From Clostridia bacterium (GTDB lineage: Bacteria > Bacillota > Clostridia > Oscillospirales > QAKW01), in the NCBI GenBank assembly GCA_017937065.1, contig JAGBEI010000013.1:95333-159332 (forward strand): a stretch of 64,000 nucleotides of DNA, written 5' to 3'. Every line of letters starts with the position of its first letter. Within the stretch, counting starts at the first letter, position 1. The position numbers and the translations under genes are program-made. Below are positions 53,196 to 62,872 of the stretch, piece by piece. The notes beneath the pieces were generated by a model. The model did no database searches. It was not told the origin of the DNA and worked only from the letters and a program-made list of their open reading frames with translations.

Positions 53196-55712
53196 CTATT
53201 TACACTCGTACCATGTCCTGCCCCATTGTACATCGGCGCACAGCCGTACATTCAGGCTTGCCGCATTCTCCATTTCACGCGACAAAAGCGCACGGACTCC
53301 GTCCTTTTCGTCCTCCGGCGCCTCGATAATCAGCTCGTCGTGCACCTGCAATATAAGCCTTGCGCGAAAGCCGCCGTCAATCAGCGCGCGGCGGGTATTG
53401 ACCATCGCAATTTTAATAATATCCGCCGCCGTGCCCTGTATAGGCGCGTTCATCGCCGCCCGCTCGCCGAACGAACGGATATTGAAATTCTTTGATTGTA
53501 GCTCAGGCAGATATCTGCGCCGCTCAAACAGCGTCTTGACATACCCGTTTTCGTGCGCCGAGCTTACAATATTTTTCATATACGAGCGCACGCCGCTGTA
53601 CAGCTCTAAATAGCTGTCGATATACTGTCTTGCCTGTGTGCGCGTCGTCTTTATATCCTGTGCCAGCGAAAAATCGGAAATTCCGTAAACAATCCCGAAG
53701 TTGACCGCCTTTGCCATCCGTCTCATCTCAGGGGTCACAAAATCGGGCGGAACATCGAAAACGCTGGCAGCGGTCACGGTATGGATATCCTCCTGCCGGG
53801 CAAATGCGTCCAGCATTTTTTCATCGTTTGCCATGTGCGCCAGCACACGCAGCTCAATCTGCGAATAGTCGGCGTCCACCAGCACGCAGTCGTCGCCCGC
53901 CGCAAACATCGCGCGCAGCTCGCGCCCCAGCTCCGTACGCACGGGGATATTCTGCAAATTCGGCTCGGTAGACGAAATCCGACCTGTCTGGGTCACCGTC
54001 TGATTAAAGCTTGTGTGTATCTTGCCGTCGTCACCTATCAGCTTTAAAAGCCCGTCGCAGTAGGTGCTCTTGAGCTTGACATACTTTCTGTACTCCAGTA
54101 TCTCGTCGACAATCTCATGCCTGCCCGACAGCTTTTGCAGAATCTCGGCGCTTGTGGAATAGCCGGATTTTGTCTTTTTGCCGTGAGGCAGCCCCAGCTT
54201 TTCAAAAAGAATAACGCCCATCTGCTTTGGTGAATTGATATTGAACTGCTCGCCGGCAAGAAAATATATTCGCTTTTCAAGACTGTCGATTTGTTCGGTA
54301 AGCCGCTTTGAGTACCGCTCCAGCGCCGACCTGTCAACGTAAAAGCCGCAGTTTTCCATGTCGGCAAGCACAACAGTCAGCGGAAACTCTATATTGTAAA
54401 GCAGCTCATGCTGTCCGTGCCGCTCAATGATTTCAAGCTGTGCCGCAACAATATCCCGCATACGCGAGACAAATGTAACGCACATTCCGTCATCGTCCGC
54501 ACGCATATCCGTATACCTGCCGAAGATATCAGACAGGGTGTTTTCATTCATGGACGGGTCGATGACATACTGCGCGACCTCTATATCATAAAACGGAGCA
54601 ATATCCGCCTGCGTCTTTAATATCTCCCTGTAAATCGGCTTGGGCTTGAAAGTGAATTTTTCAATTTCTCCGTCCGTCAAAAGCCGCTCATAATCGGCAA
54701 TCTGCGCCGTGCCGTTTTCGGTTTCGGCATACATTGCGCCGTCCTCAATAAGAAAATACAGTCCATTTTTCCTGAAATACTCAATGCACAAAGAGCTGTC
54801 CAGCACCCCGATACACTCGGCGCGCACCGTCTGCTCCTGCGGATGTTCAAGCTCAAGCTTATTCATGATACTTGTCAGCTCATATCTTTTCAGCAGCGGC
54901 AAAAGCCGCGCGCTGTCAAAGCCGCACACCTGCATTTCACTGTCTGAAATTTCAATCGGAACGTCACGCTTTATTTTTGCAAGCTCCCTGGACAAAAACG
55001 CGCTTTCACGGTCATTCTCCAGTTTTTTGCGCATTGACGGTTTGATTTTATCGCTTTCAATATTATCGTAGACTTCCTTCAGACCGTGAAACTCGCGTAT
55101 AAGCTCCAAAGCGCCCTTTTCGCCAATACCCGAAACACCGCGGATATTGTCGGAGCTGTCGCCCATTATGGCTTTTAAATCCACAACCTCGGCGGGTAAA
55201 ATTCCGTATTTTTTTTCTATTTCATCAACGCCGTAGATTTCCACCTCCGACATGCCGCCGCGGGTCACGGGCATTATAACCCGTGTTTTATCGCTGATCA
55301 GCTGGAAATCGTCGCGGTCGCCCGACACGATATCGCACTCATATCCGTTTTTCTCACAGTAGGCGGAAAGCGTGCCGATAATATCGTCCGCCTCAAAGCC
55401 CTCAAGCTCGAACATCTTGACGTTCATAGCCGAGAGTATCTCTTTAAGCGGGTCAAGCTGAACTGCAAGCTCGTCGGGCATTCCGTGACGCTGCGCCTTG
55501 TATTCGGAATACAGCTTGTGACGAAAGGTTTTTGCACGCACATCAAACGCAACGGCAACCATATCGGGCTCGGCTATCTCAAAATACTTGAAATACAGCT
55601 TCAAAAACCCAAACACCGCGTTTGTCGGCACCCCGTCCCTTGTAGTCAGATTTTTTATCGCGTAAAACGCGCGGTTTATTATCGAATTGCCGTCAAACAC
55701 AAGCAGCTTCAT
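53196..55712 (-). CDS. polA: DNA polymerase I
   Basis: 838 aa. N-terminal 5'-3' exonuclease domain. Polymerase motifs DYSQIELRVLAH and QVHDELI. Confidence 0.95.
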   Translation of the reverse strand: MKLLVFDGNSIINRAFYAIKNLTTRDGVPTNAVFGFLKLYFKYFEIAEPDMVAVAFDVRAKTFRHKLYSEYKAQRHGMPDELAVQLDPLKEILSAMNVKMFELEGFEADDIIGTLSAYCEKNGYECDIVSGDRDDFQLISDKTRVIMPVTRGGMSEVEIYGVDEIEKKYGILPAEVVDLKAIMGDSSDNIRGVSGIGEKGALELIREFHGLKEVYDNIESDKIKPSMRKKLENDRESAFLSRELAKIKRDVPIEISDSEMQVCGFDSARLLPLLKRYELTSIMNKLELEHPQEQTVRAECIGVLDSSLCIEYFRKNGLYFLIEDGAMYAETENGTAQIADYERLLTDGEIEKFTFKPKPIYREILKTQADIAPFYDIEVAQYVIDPSMNENTLSDIFGRYTDMRADDDGMCVTFVSRMRDIVAAQLEIIERHGQHELLYNIEFPLTVVLADMENCGFYVDRSALERYSKRLTEQIDSLEKRIYFLAGEQFNINSPKQMGVILFEKLGLPHGKKTKSGYSTSAEILQKLSGRHEIVDEILEYRKYVKLKSTYCDGLLKLIGDDGKIHTSFNQTVTQTGRISSTEPNLQNIPVRTELGRELRAMFAAGDDCVLVDADYSQIELRVLAHMANDEKMLDAFARQEDIHTVTAASVFDVPPDFVTPEMRRMAKAVNFGIVYGISDFSLAQDIKTTRTQARQYIDSYLELYSGVRSYMKNIVSSAHENGYVKTLFERRRYLPELQSKNFNIRSFGERAAMNAPIQGTAADIIKIAMVNTRRALIDGGFRARLILQVHDELIIEAPEDEKDGVRALLSREMENAASLNVRLCADVQWGRTWYECK

Positions 55713-56632
55713 TTATTGTACTCTCCCCATTGTTTTTCAAACAGATTTCTCATATCCTGCGGCAGCTCCGCCTCAAAATGCAGCTGCTTACCGCTTATCG
55801 GATGTATAAAGTCAAGACTGTGCGAATGAAGCGCATGCCGCTGCATGGCGCCCGAAAATTCATGCCCGTAAAGAAAATCACCCGCCACGGGACAGCCGAT
55901 GTAGGACATATGTACCCGTATCTGATGCGTGCGCCCCGTCTCCAGCCACAGACGCAAAAGCGAGTATTCCCCGCGCCGCAGAATTTCAAAATGCGTGACT
56001 GCCGGCGCGCCGATGTCAAAGTCAACGCGCCTCTTGATAACAGAGCCGTCGGCGCGCGCAATCGGTGCGTTCACAACACCGATGCCGTCCTGCGGGCAGC
56101 CCTCCACAAACGCAAGATACTGCCGCTTTATCCGTTTTTCCCTGAGGTCAACAGACAATATCCCCGAAGCATGCGCGTTTTTTGCAACAAGAATAAGCCC
56201 GCTCGTATTCTTATCAAGCCGGTTTACGGGCCGTACCGCACAGTCCTCTCCGTTTTGCAGAAAATGAAACGCCAGCGCGTTTGCAAGCGTATTGTCAAAG
56301 TTGTCCTGCGACGGATGGGTCGCCATAAACGGCGGCTTGTTGCATACGACGACATCCTTGTCCTCATATACAATATCAAGCGCAAGCTCACGCGGCACAA
56401 CACGCTCCGAAGCCGATTCCCTTATGTAAACGGTGAGCCTGTCCCCGCGCTTTAGCTGCTTTAAAACGGTGGATTTTTTATTGCCTATCATTATCCCGTG
56501 CGGGTTTTTCTTCAGCTGCTTTATCATACGCGAGGAAAAGCCGTGAGCTTTTAAAAACGAAAGCACCTGCCGGCCCGCAAACGTGTCGTCTATTTCATAC
56601 TCCAGCCTGCGTATCATATCCGCTGTATCCAC
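55709..56632 (-). CDS. RluA-family 23S rRNA pseudouridine synthase (RluD-like, with S4 domain)
   Basis: 307 aa. Catalytic VNRLDKNTSGL motif and HQIRVH. ATGA-type overlap with polA. Confidence 0.85.
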   Translation of the reverse strand: MDTADMIRRLEYEIDDTFAGRQVLSFLKAHGFSSRMIKQLKKNPHGIMIGNKKSTVLKQLKRGDRLTVYIRESASERVVPRELALDIVYEDKDVVVCNKPPFMATHPSQDNFDNTLANALAFHFLQNGEDCAVRPVNRLDKNTSGLILVAKNAHASGILSVDLREKRIKRQYLAFVEGCPQDGIGVVNAPIARADGSVIKRRVDFDIGAPAVTHFEILRRGEYSLLRLWLETGRTHQIRVHMSYIGCPVAGDFLYGHEFSGAMQRHALHSHSLDFIHPISGKQLHFEAELPQDMRNLFEKQWGEYNK

Positions 56633-57537
56633 CCGTGCGGTGCGGGATAAGTGCCCGCTCCTATATTTACAATCGCGTCAAACAGCTTTCTGGAAAGCTT
56701 GCCGCCCGACGAAAGCACCTGACTGTCCAGCCCGTCTATACAGACAATACTCGACACTATATTATACATATCCACCGAAAATACCTCCGACAGCCTACCC
56801 GCAAGGTGCATCTGCACAAGCTCGTCTGCCGACAGTCTTTTTTCATCGACTTCAATCCCCCAGTCCCGCATAAGCTCGGCGGCACAGCCGCTCACAATGC
56901 TTTTGGGAACACCGTCGAAAACAGGGGATACCACCCTGTCGTCAATACGAAAGAAAATATCCGCATCTGCCAGACCGAGTATGTACCGCTTATACACTCC
57001 GTCCAACAAAAGAGCACTGTCGTAGCCCTTTTGCCGCGCAAGCTCACAGGCAAGCCCGCGCTGAAAAATGTTTGCCTGCGCATCAGCGCATACACGCCGC
57101 TCACACAGCTTTACATCAGCCGTTTCATGCCACAGAGTTACAGTGACAACGGCATTTTCGGCAGGATACGGACAAATGCTCATATCGTCGCAGCTGAGTC
57201 TTATACACGCAAAAAATCTGCCTCCGTCATAAAGCAGGTGACGCTCGTTATCCACAAGCCTCAAAAGCGCGTCCAGCACCTTGCCCTCATCCGCCATCGG
57301 CAAAAGACGTTCGCCCGCCTCTATATTCAGCCTTGTTATCGCCTGCTTTGCACAAAACAAAACGACGCTGCCCCGTGCATCGGGCGCAACGCAGACCGTC
57401 TGCGATACGCCGAGTCCGAAAAATGCGCCGCTGCTCTGCGGCGTCTGCACCGACTCGCCGCGCGGTAAAATACGCATGTCGCCCCACTTATCGCCGCAAA
57501 GACGCATACATGCAAAAAACTCAGTAAATCCGCTCAT
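56614..57537 (-). CDS. Class IV (BCAT/DAAT/PabC-fold) aminotransferase-like protein, apparently degenerate
   Basis: 307 aa. Collinear by eye with E. coli IlvE from the HALHYGTSVFEG region to the C-terminus, but key motifs diverge (see finding). Confidence 0.55.
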   Translation of the reverse strand: MSGFTEFFACMRLCGDKWGDMRILPRGESVQTPQSSGAFFGLGVSQTVCVAPDARGSVVLFCAKQAITRLNIEAGERLLPMADEGKVLDALLRLVDNERHLLYDGGRFFACIRLSCDDMSICPYPAENAVVTVTLWHETADVKLCERRVCADAQANIFQRGLACELARQKGYDSALLLDGVYKRYILGLADADIFFRIDDRVVSPVFDGVPKSIVSGCAAELMRDWGIEVDEKRLSADELVQMHLAGRLSEVFSVDMYNIVSSIVCIDGLDSQVLSSGGKLSRKLFDAIVNIGAGTYPAPHGWIQRI

Positions 57538-57538
57538 A

Positions 57539-57841
57539 TCAAAATACCAGCTTTTCCACTTCGTCCGCCGAAATATACCCTACCGACTGATTGACGGCAC
57601 TGCCGCCCCGAAAAACAATAAGAGTCGGTATGCTCATAACATTAAAACGTGCGGCAAGCTGCGGTTCCCTGTCAATATTGACCTTGCACAGCTTGACCTC
57701 TCCCGTATGCTTTTTTTCAAATTCGCCGAGCACCGGCGCCAGCATCCTGCAGGGGCCGCACCAGTCTGCGTAAAAATCGACAAGCACGGGGATTTTGCTG
57801 TTTATAACCTCGGCTTCAAAATCAGACGCTTTGATTTCCAT
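57539..57841 (-). CDS. trxA: Thioredoxin
   Basis: 100 aa with the WCGPC active site. Confidence 0.92.
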   Translation of the reverse strand: MEIKASDFEAEVINSKIPVLVDFYADWCGPCRMLAPVLGEFEKKHTGEVKLCKVNIDREPQLAARFNVMSIPTLIVFRGGSAVNQSVGYISADEVEKLVF

Positions 57842-57843
57842 TT

Positions 57844-58695
57844 TTATCTGCTCCTTATGAATTTTATTATCTGCATGGCGGCGCTCACACCCGCGCCGAC
57901 AGCCGTTCCTATCTGCTTTATTCCGAAAACACAGTCTCCCGCGGCGTAAAGCCCCGGCACGTTTGTCTCAAATTTTTCGTTTACAACTATGTCCGCGCCC
58001 TTTACCTGCGCTCCGATACGGCGTGCAAAATCAGCCGCGCCCGCAACGCCCACGGCGGAAAAAAGCCCGCTGAGCTCAATTCTTTTGCCGCCCGAAAGGA
58101 CAGCCTCTATACTGTCCTTTCCCTCAATAGCGCTGATTTTTCCGCTGTATACCGAAAATTCGGAAAAGTCCGCCTCCGGCGCGGCACCGTCTGTCAGGAT
58201 ACATACGCTTTTGCACATGCGCATAAGCTCACGCGCCTCGGAAAGCGCATATTCGCCCGCGCCGATAACGCCGACATCCTTTCCCCTGAAGAAAAATCCG
58301 TCACACACGGCGCAGTAGCTGGCACCCCTGCCAAGATAGCTTTCAAATTCCGCAACGGGCGGCTTTACTCTTTTGGCACCGCTTGCGATAAGCAGAGCCG
58401 TTCCCTCATACTCCCCGCCGTCCGTTTTCACGGTAAAGCCGCCGTCGTACATTACCGACAGCGCCTGACGGGAAATAAGCTCTATACCCTGTGCTTTAAG
58501 CTGAGAAAGCCCCTTTTCATAAAGCGCCCTGCCCGACACAGACTCAAATCCGTAATAATTTTCAATTTTATCAGCCTTTAAAAGCGCGCTCCCGCCGCCG
58601 TCTATAACCAGAACATTCAGTCCCGCGCGCTTTGCGTATATTGCAGCGGTAACGCCGCACGGCCCCGCACCTATTACAATCAAATCTTTTTTCAT
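57844..58695 (-). CDS. Thioredoxin-reductase-like flavoprotein (low-Mr TrxR fold)
   Basis: 283 aa. FAD GxGxxG motif (VIGAGPCG), redox CAVCDG, and C-terminal GDC..G. The second dinucleotide motif, GAGEYA, lacks a following HRRxxxR. Confidence 0.75.
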   Translation of the reverse strand: MKKDLIVIGAGPCGVTAAIYAKRAGLNVLVIDGGGSALLKADKIENYYGFESVSGRALYEKGLSQLKAQGIELISRQALSVMYDGGFTVKTDGGEYEGTALLIASGAKRVKPPVAEFESYLGRGASYCAVCDGFFFRGKDVGVIGAGEYALSEARELMRMCKSVCILTDGAAPEADFSEFSVYSGKISAIEGKDSIEAVLSGGKRIELSGLFSAVGVAGAADFARRIGAQVKGADIVVNEKFETNVPGLYAAGDCVFGIKQIGTAVGAGVSAAMQIIKFIRSR

Positions 58696-59456
58696 ATGTT
58701 TTTATTATATATCAGTAAAAGTCCTTTAATCAATAAATCCTTGTCGTGAACAATTTTTCTTTTGCAGTGAGGTATAATCAGCGAAGAAAGACCGCCCGTC
58801 GCAATAACGTTGCAGGGCGCGCCGATTTCCTTTTCAAATCTTTCGATTATACCGTCAAGCATGGATGCGTAGCCCAAAACAATCCCGCTTTTGAGCGAAT
58901 CGGTGGTATTGGTGCCTATGGCGTGCCGGGGCTTGTCAATGTTTATCTGTGAAATCTGCGCGGCATTCTGCGCCAGCGCATTCATTGAAATCCGCACGCC
59001 GGGAGTTATCGCCGCACCCAGATACTCGCCCTTTTTTCCGATAGCGGAAAAGGTCGTCGCCGTGCCCATGTCAATAACAATGGCGGGCGCGCCGTAGATG
59101 CGGATTGCCGCCACTGCGTCCACCACCATATCGCAGCCCAGCTGAGAAGGATTGTCAATCCTGATATCAAGTCCCGTTTTAACGCCGGGGCCTACTATAA
59201 GCGGCGTCTTTCCGATAAGCATTTCGACAGCGCCGGCAAACGGCGCCGAAAGATTGGGGACAACAGACGATATTATAGCCCCGTCGATATCGGATACGTT
59301 TATATTATTTATCTTGAGCATGCTGTTTAAATTTATCGCATACTCGTCCCGCGTGCGCGTGGCGTCCGTCTTTATCCTCAGCGTCAGCTTGAGAATATCG
59401 CCTTCAAATACTCCCAGCACAATATTGCTGTTTCCTATATCTGCCGTTAAAATCAT
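58692..59456 (-). CDS. coaX: Type III pantothenate kinase
   Basis: 254 aa with ILTADIGNSNIVLGVF, IDMGTATT and ATGG motifs. Confidence 0.9.
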   Translation of the reverse strand: MILTADIGNSNIVLGVFEGDILKLTLRIKTDATRTRDEYAINLNSMLKINNINVSDIDGAIISSVVPNLSAPFAGAVEMLIGKTPLIVGPGVKTGLDIRIDNPSQLGCDMVVDAVAAIRIYGAPAIVIDMGTATTFSAIGKKGEYLGAAITPGVRISMNALAQNAAQISQINIDKPRHAIGTNTTDSLKSGIVLGYASMLDGIIERFEKEIGAPCNVIATGGLSSLIIPHCKRKIVHDKDLLIKGLLLIYNKNI

Positions 59457-61193
59457 TTATTTTACCTCCAAAGGCTCTACAACTACCGTGCGGTAACCGT
59501 CATATACCACCATGCCCGGCTTTGCGCCCGACGGCTTTCTGACGTTCTGCACGGGGCAGTAGTCCACCTCAACCTTTTTATCGTTTTTCCCCTTGCTGTA
59601 AAAGGCGCATATCCGCGCAGCATACTCGATTACATCATCGGGCGGTGTTGCGCCCCTGCACCTTATCAGCACGTGAGAGGAATGAATTGCCTTGGTATGC
59701 AGCCAGATATCGTCCCTGCGCGAAAGCTTGACGGTCACAAGGTCGTTTTGGGTGTTGTTTCTGCCCACAAGTATTGTAAACCCGCCGTACTGCAGCTCAC
59801 GCGGCGCGGACGGCTTTTCCGAGGCGCGCTGCTTTGACGAGTGCTTCAGATATCCGCCGCGCACCAGCTCATCACGTATCTGCCCGGCGTCTGCAAGGCT
59901 CTCACAGTCGCAAAGAGACAGAAACACGCTTTCAAGATAGTCAAGCTCGGCACGGTCCTTTTCAATCAGCTTTTTAAGAATAACAGCCGAATTTTTAGCC
60001 TTATTGTACTTTTTAAAGTACGCCTGCGCATTAGCCGGCGGGGACAGCCGGGCACTCAGCGGTATTTTTATGATTTTACAGTCATCGTAATAGTTTTCCG
60101 CCTCAAACTCGGTCATTCCGTTTTTCAGACGGTACAGATTGGCGTTTATAAGCTCGCCGTATACACGGTACTGCTCAGCCCTGTCCGCCGCGCGCAGCTC
60201 CTTTTGCCGCACCGCCATAGTACGTGAAATACGGGAGCTGAGGCGTGTCAGAAGCTGAGACAAATCACGTGTTTTCTGCTCAAACCGCGTTTTTTTTGCA
60301 GCCGCTGCAAAAAATTCCTCAACGGCGTCCGACGGCGTTGCCGTCTGCTCCGTTATACAATAGTCGCCGTACTGCCGAATGGGCATAAAAGAGAAATCCA
60401 CCAGCGCACCGTTGTCCTTTCTTCGGACAACTGTCGGCTGACAGCTGCCGCTGTCGATATCCCTTTGTATCCCGGCAATAAGCTCTTCAAGGCGGGATAT
60501 ATCCCCCACAGACAGCTCGCCGCAGCGCCGTTCACCGACCCCCGTTGAAAGATATGCGATTTCTCTCGCGTTAAGCGGGGATATCCCGCTCACATTCTGC
60601 ATTATCGCCTGTTCTAAAGTCAGCTCGGGGTTGGACAGCAGAGTATGTGCCGACCTAAGCTGAGAGAACGGAATTTTACCTTGCTGGGCAGGCGCGCTTT
60701 CAAAGCGCGCAGAGGGCAGAACGGTTCTTCCTCCCGACAGATCGGCACGGCGGACAGCGTCAATAATTCTGCCGTTTTGCACATCGCCTTCAATTATTAT
60801 CATATTTGCAGAGCGGCCCATGAGCTCCACGACTATGCTTTTCACAACGGGCTCGAAAAAGTCATTTTTACACTCAAACTCAAACACCGCGCACCGCTCA
60901 AACTGCGGCATATATACGCGGTCAAGCCGCGCGCCGGTAAAATGCTTTCTCAGCACCATGCAAAAGGTCGGCGGCACTGCCGGATTTTCCGTTTCGGCGT
61001 CTGTCAGCGACACGCGCGGCGCATTGGTCGAAGCGTTAATCAAAAGCCTGCGTTTTCCGCCGTGCTGTCCGCCGCGCAAAACAAATACGCTCTCATCCTT
61101 GGAGGGCATAAATATTTTTTCCGTGCGCATACCGCAAAGCTCGCTGTTAAGTTGTCTTGTAAGAAAGGATAAAAAACACGCGTCAAGCGACAT
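59457..61193 (-). CDS. rqcH: Ribosome quality control protein RqcH (NFACT / FbpA family)
   Basis: Start set at MSLDACFLSFLTRQL (ATG 61193), the typical NFACT-N start. A coiled-coil middle region and a C-terminal DUF814 motif (WLHTKAIHSSHVLIR). Confidence 0.85.
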   Translation of the reverse strand: MSLDACFLSFLTRQLNSELCGMRTEKIFMPSKDESVFVLRGGQHGGKRRLLINASTNAPRVSLTDAETENPAVPPTFCMVLRKHFTGARLDRVYMPQFERCAVFEFECKNDFFEPVVKSIVVELMGRSANMIIIEGDVQNGRIIDAVRRADLSGGRTVLPSARFESAPAQQGKIPFSQLRSAHTLLSNPELTLEQAIMQNVSGISPLNAREIAYLSTGVGERRCGELSVGDISRLEELIAGIQRDIDSGSCQPTVVRRKDNGALVDFSFMPIRQYGDYCITEQTATPSDAVEEFFAAAAKKTRFEQKTRDLSQLLTRLSSRISRTMAVRQKELRAADRAEQYRVYGELINANLYRLKNGMTEFEAENYYDDCKIIKIPLSARLSPPANAQAYFKKYNKAKNSAVILKKLIEKDRAELDYLESVFLSLCDCESLADAGQIRDELVRGGYLKHSSKQRASEKPSAPRELQYGGFTILVGRNNTQNDLVTVKLSRRDDIWLHTKAIHSSHVLIRCRGATPPDDVIEYAARICAFYSKGKNDKKVEVDYCPVQNVRKPSGAKPGMVVYDGYRTVVVEPLEVK

Positions 61194-61230
61194 ATATATT
61201 CTCCGTTGTTTATTTGCTGTTTTTCGCAGT

Positions 61231-61995
61231 TTATCTGCGCTGCATAAGTCTTGTTCTGTCCGATGTAAAAATCCGAACATCGGGCAGCAGCTCCTCAAGG
61301 CGGCGGGCAAGCGGCTTTACAATTATATTTTCCGTTTCAAAATGCCCCAGCGTAATAAGATTAAGCTCATTATTGTCCGCAAAAACAAAATGCTCGTGCT
61401 TGCTCTCGCCGGTGACAAGCGTATCTATACCGTGCCCGTGCAGCAGCGCAAGCGCACTGCCGCCCGAACCGCTTACAACCGCAACCCGCCTTATCGGACG
61501 CTTTATTATAAAGTCCGCACGCTCGGAGCCGATACGCTCTTTCAGAAAATCTATATACATAAGCGGGGCGTTTTCAAATTCCGTGCCAGCCTCAAGCTCC
61601 CCGTATCTGCCGAGTGCACAGCCGTCCGTAAAAAGCGGCTGCGGACTGCATATCGCGGCACGCTCCGCAAGCAGGTCGTTTATTCCGCCGTCCGCCGCAT
61701 CAAGGCAGGTGTGCGCCGAGATAACAGCAACGCCGTTTTTTATGAAGTGATAGGCGGGCACGTCCGCCGTAACCGCACTAAGCGGGTCAAAAATCAGCGG
61801 GTGATGGCTTATAACAAGCGTACAGTCGTTTTTTAAAGCAAGCTTCAGCGCGTGCATGTCCGCATCAAGCGTCACAAGAACGCGGCTTACATCGTCATTT
61901 TCATCGCCGCACATCAGCCCGCAGTTATCCCACGCACAGGCGCTCTCAAACGGCGCAATGCCGTTTACTGCGGCAGCAATATCACTGATTTTCAT
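61231..61995 (-). CDS. Nif3-like dinuclear metal centre protein (YqfO/GCH1 type 2 homologue)
   Basis: 254 aa. MKISDIAAAV...WDNCGL, ISHHPLIF and LGHFETE motifs. Canonical position after trmK. Confidence 0.85.
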   Translation of the reverse strand: MKISDIAAAVNGIAPFESACAWDNCGLMCGDENDDVSRVLVTLDADMHALKLALKNDCTLVISHHPLIFDPLSAVTADVPAYHFIKNGVAVISAHTCLDAADGGINDLLAERAAICSPQPLFTDGCALGRYGELEAGTEFENAPLMYIDFLKERIGSERADFIIKRPIRRVAVVSGSGGSALALLHGHGIDTLVTGESKHEHFVFADNNELNLITLGHFETENIIVKPLARRLEELLPDVRIFTSDRTRLMQRR

Positions 61996-62659
61996 TTTTT
62001 CTCTCCGTCATATTTGAAATTATAATTCTTTCAAGCCGCTCAAGTCCGCGTTTTCTCTCAGCGTCGACATTATCCGAGCGGCTCATACCCTCAAGCGCCT
62101 TTTTTATGCGAAAAAGCTCCTTTTCAAGATAAAGATAAAAGTTTTCATCCCGCACCGCGCCCTCAAACGGACAAAACTTACGCAAAGCGCCGTCATGACG
62201 GCACAGAAGCGCGGTATACATCTTGTCCCCGTCGCGGCAGAAAACGCGCTTTTTCACGGCGTACCCGTTTTCACACAAAAACAAATTCAGCTCAAAAACA
62301 GCGCTCATCGGCTGCAATACAAGCCATTTGTCGGTAAACCTTTTTCGCAGAATAGACTCTATCAGCTCGCCGCCCATGCCGGCAATAACAAAACATCCGA
62401 TTTTGTCAAACAGCTTCTGTGGAATATTTATAAATCCGTCAGACAGCATCAGCTGTATATTATCGGTCATTGCGTGTGCCTCAACCGTTTTCCGTGCCGC
62501 GGCAAGAGGCCCGCGGCGCAAATCCGTTGCCAGCGCGCCCGGCACCCTGCCCTGCTCTGCCGCATAAACCGCCAGCTTGCAGTGGTCGGTTCCGATATCG
62601 CACAAAAACTCCCCATCGGGCAGCAGACTGTATACCATTGAAAGACGGGCATCAAGCAT
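61982..62659 (-). CDS. trmK: tRNA (adenine22-N1)-methyltransferase
   Basis: Start set at MLDARLSMV (ATG 62659, 6 nt after GGGAG). DIGTDHCKL and IAGMGGELI motifs. Confidence 0.85.
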   Translation of the reverse strand: MLDARLSMVYSLLPDGEFLCDIGTDHCKLAVYAAEQGRVPGALATDLRRGPLAAARKTVEAHAMTDNIQLMLSDGFINIPQKLFDKIGCFVIAGMGGELIESILRKRFTDKWLVLQPMSAVFELNLFLCENGYAVKKRVFCRDGDKMYTALLCRHDGALRKFCPFEGAVRDENFYLYLEKELFRIKKALEGMSRSDNVDAERKRGLERLERIIISNMTERKNENQ

Positions 62660-62872
62660 ATTTTCTCCCAAAATAAGCGGCGTTTTCATGCCGCAGCAGT
62701 TTAATGCGTATAGCTTACATGATATATTATATAATATATTTACATAATTTACAATAAGTTGCCTTGACATTTATCATACAAAATAATAGAATATCTTAAG
62801 TTTTTAAAATATCCGCTCAGCATGCTTTACGCATATTTCACAGATATACTTAATTTAAAGAGGTGATTTAAG

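Noticed and set aside
61194-61310. A 39-aa N-terminal extension of RqcH.
   Set aside because: It overlaps the Nif3-like gene's 3' end. NFACT-N proteins start at the MSLD... position.
60820-61836. A 338-aa plus-strand ORF, plus the overlapping 175-aa and 178-aa ORFs.
   Set aside because: They are antisense to rqcH and the Nif3-like gene. Arg/Lys-rich shadow frames.
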